Source of the DNA: Pseudomonadota bacterium
Lineage (GTDB): Bacteria > Bdellovibrionota_G > JALEGL01 > DATDPG01
DNA: 64,000 bases
Direction: 5' to 3'
Assembly (NCBI GenBank): GCA_043809315.1
Contig: JAZDDX010000038.1
Span: 14,159-78,158 of the forward strand
Shown piece by piece: positions 63,821-64,000 of this stretch. The stretch's first letter is position 1, and every line of letters starts with the position of its first letter. The notes beneath the pieces are model-generated. The model did not search any database and was not told the DNA's origin. It saw nothing but the letters and a program-made list of their open reading frames with translations. The position numbers and the translations under genes are program-made.

Positions 63821-63982
63821 TTACTGCTTACAGACCGGGCAGTCCCGGCACGGTTTCCGCATGTAGAACGAATCCTCCAGGCACTTCTTCTGCTCTTCGG
63901 TCAGCATGACGTCGAAGGGGCTTCCGATGCTTGCCCGGATGACCGGCTTCATGGGAGGAGTTCCGCAAATCGAGATCGGCAT
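63821..63982 (-). CDS. Small Cys-rich protein (53 aa), CxxC-type
   Basis: RBS AAAGGGGAGACC precedes the ATG. The peptide is MPISICGTPPMKPV...MRKPCRDCPVCKQ. It is below the ORF-track cutoff. Confidence 0.3.
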   Translation of the reverse strand: MPISICGTPPMKPVIRASIGSPFDVMLTEEQKKCLEDSFYMRKPCRDCPVCKQ

Positions 63983-64000
63983 GGTCTCCCCTTTGTGTTT

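Noticed and set aside
1-64000. Considered that the contig might be archaeal because of GatDE
   Set aside because: The window encodes lipobox lipoproteins, outer-membrane beta-barrels, TolQ/ExbD, PilZ, MshEN, system-I Ccm with CcmABCD, RHS toxins and a MYXO-CTERM tail. This is a diderm bacterial gene set. GatDE is better explained as a laterally acquired island cargo.

Overview
This is high-GC bacterial chromosomal DNA, not archaeal: it carries lipobox lipoproteins, outer-membrane beta-barrels, TolQ/ExbD, PilZ and MshEN c-di-GMP effectors, and a MYXO-CTERM/GlyGly-CTERM-type sorting signal suggesting a Myxococcota-like organism. Main content, in order along the window:
- A complete system-I cytochrome c maturation operon in the unusual order nifS-like-ccmE-ccmF-X-ccmA-ccmB-ccmC-ccmD, with several 4-nt ATGA start/stop overlaps.
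- Convergent to it, a 2025-aa FG-GAP/VCBS + RHS(YD)-repeat lipoprotein with a 325-aa unknown C-terminal tip. A separate SpvB-N-domain protein is translationally coupled upstream. No immunity gene is present.
- A divergent tRNA-Gln(CTG)/tRNA-Glu(CTC) pair, followed by a 32-bp direct repeat of the tRNA-Glu 3' end that brackets a low-GC hydrolase gene.
- A standalone MshEN c-di-GMP-binding protein, then an archaeal-type gatE-gatD (GatDE) pair ending at an OPT-transporter remnant plus an IS transposase fragment.
- A block of secreted lipoproteins with Pro/Thr linkers: a GH18 chitinase-like protein, a C25 gingipain-like peptidase, and Asp-box/BNR repeat beta-propellers (one a pseudogene).
- A fused TM-spermidine-synthase gene, an intact OPT transporter, and a ~11.5-kb minus-strand operon encoding TolQ-ExbD-ExbD, an FHA/TonB-C-like protein, thrombospondin-type-3/VWA calcium-binding lipoproteins and a beta-helix protein.
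- TPR and beta-barrel genes reminiscent of an Agl/Glt-type envelope machine.
Many long antisense ORFs in the track are GC-driven artefacts.
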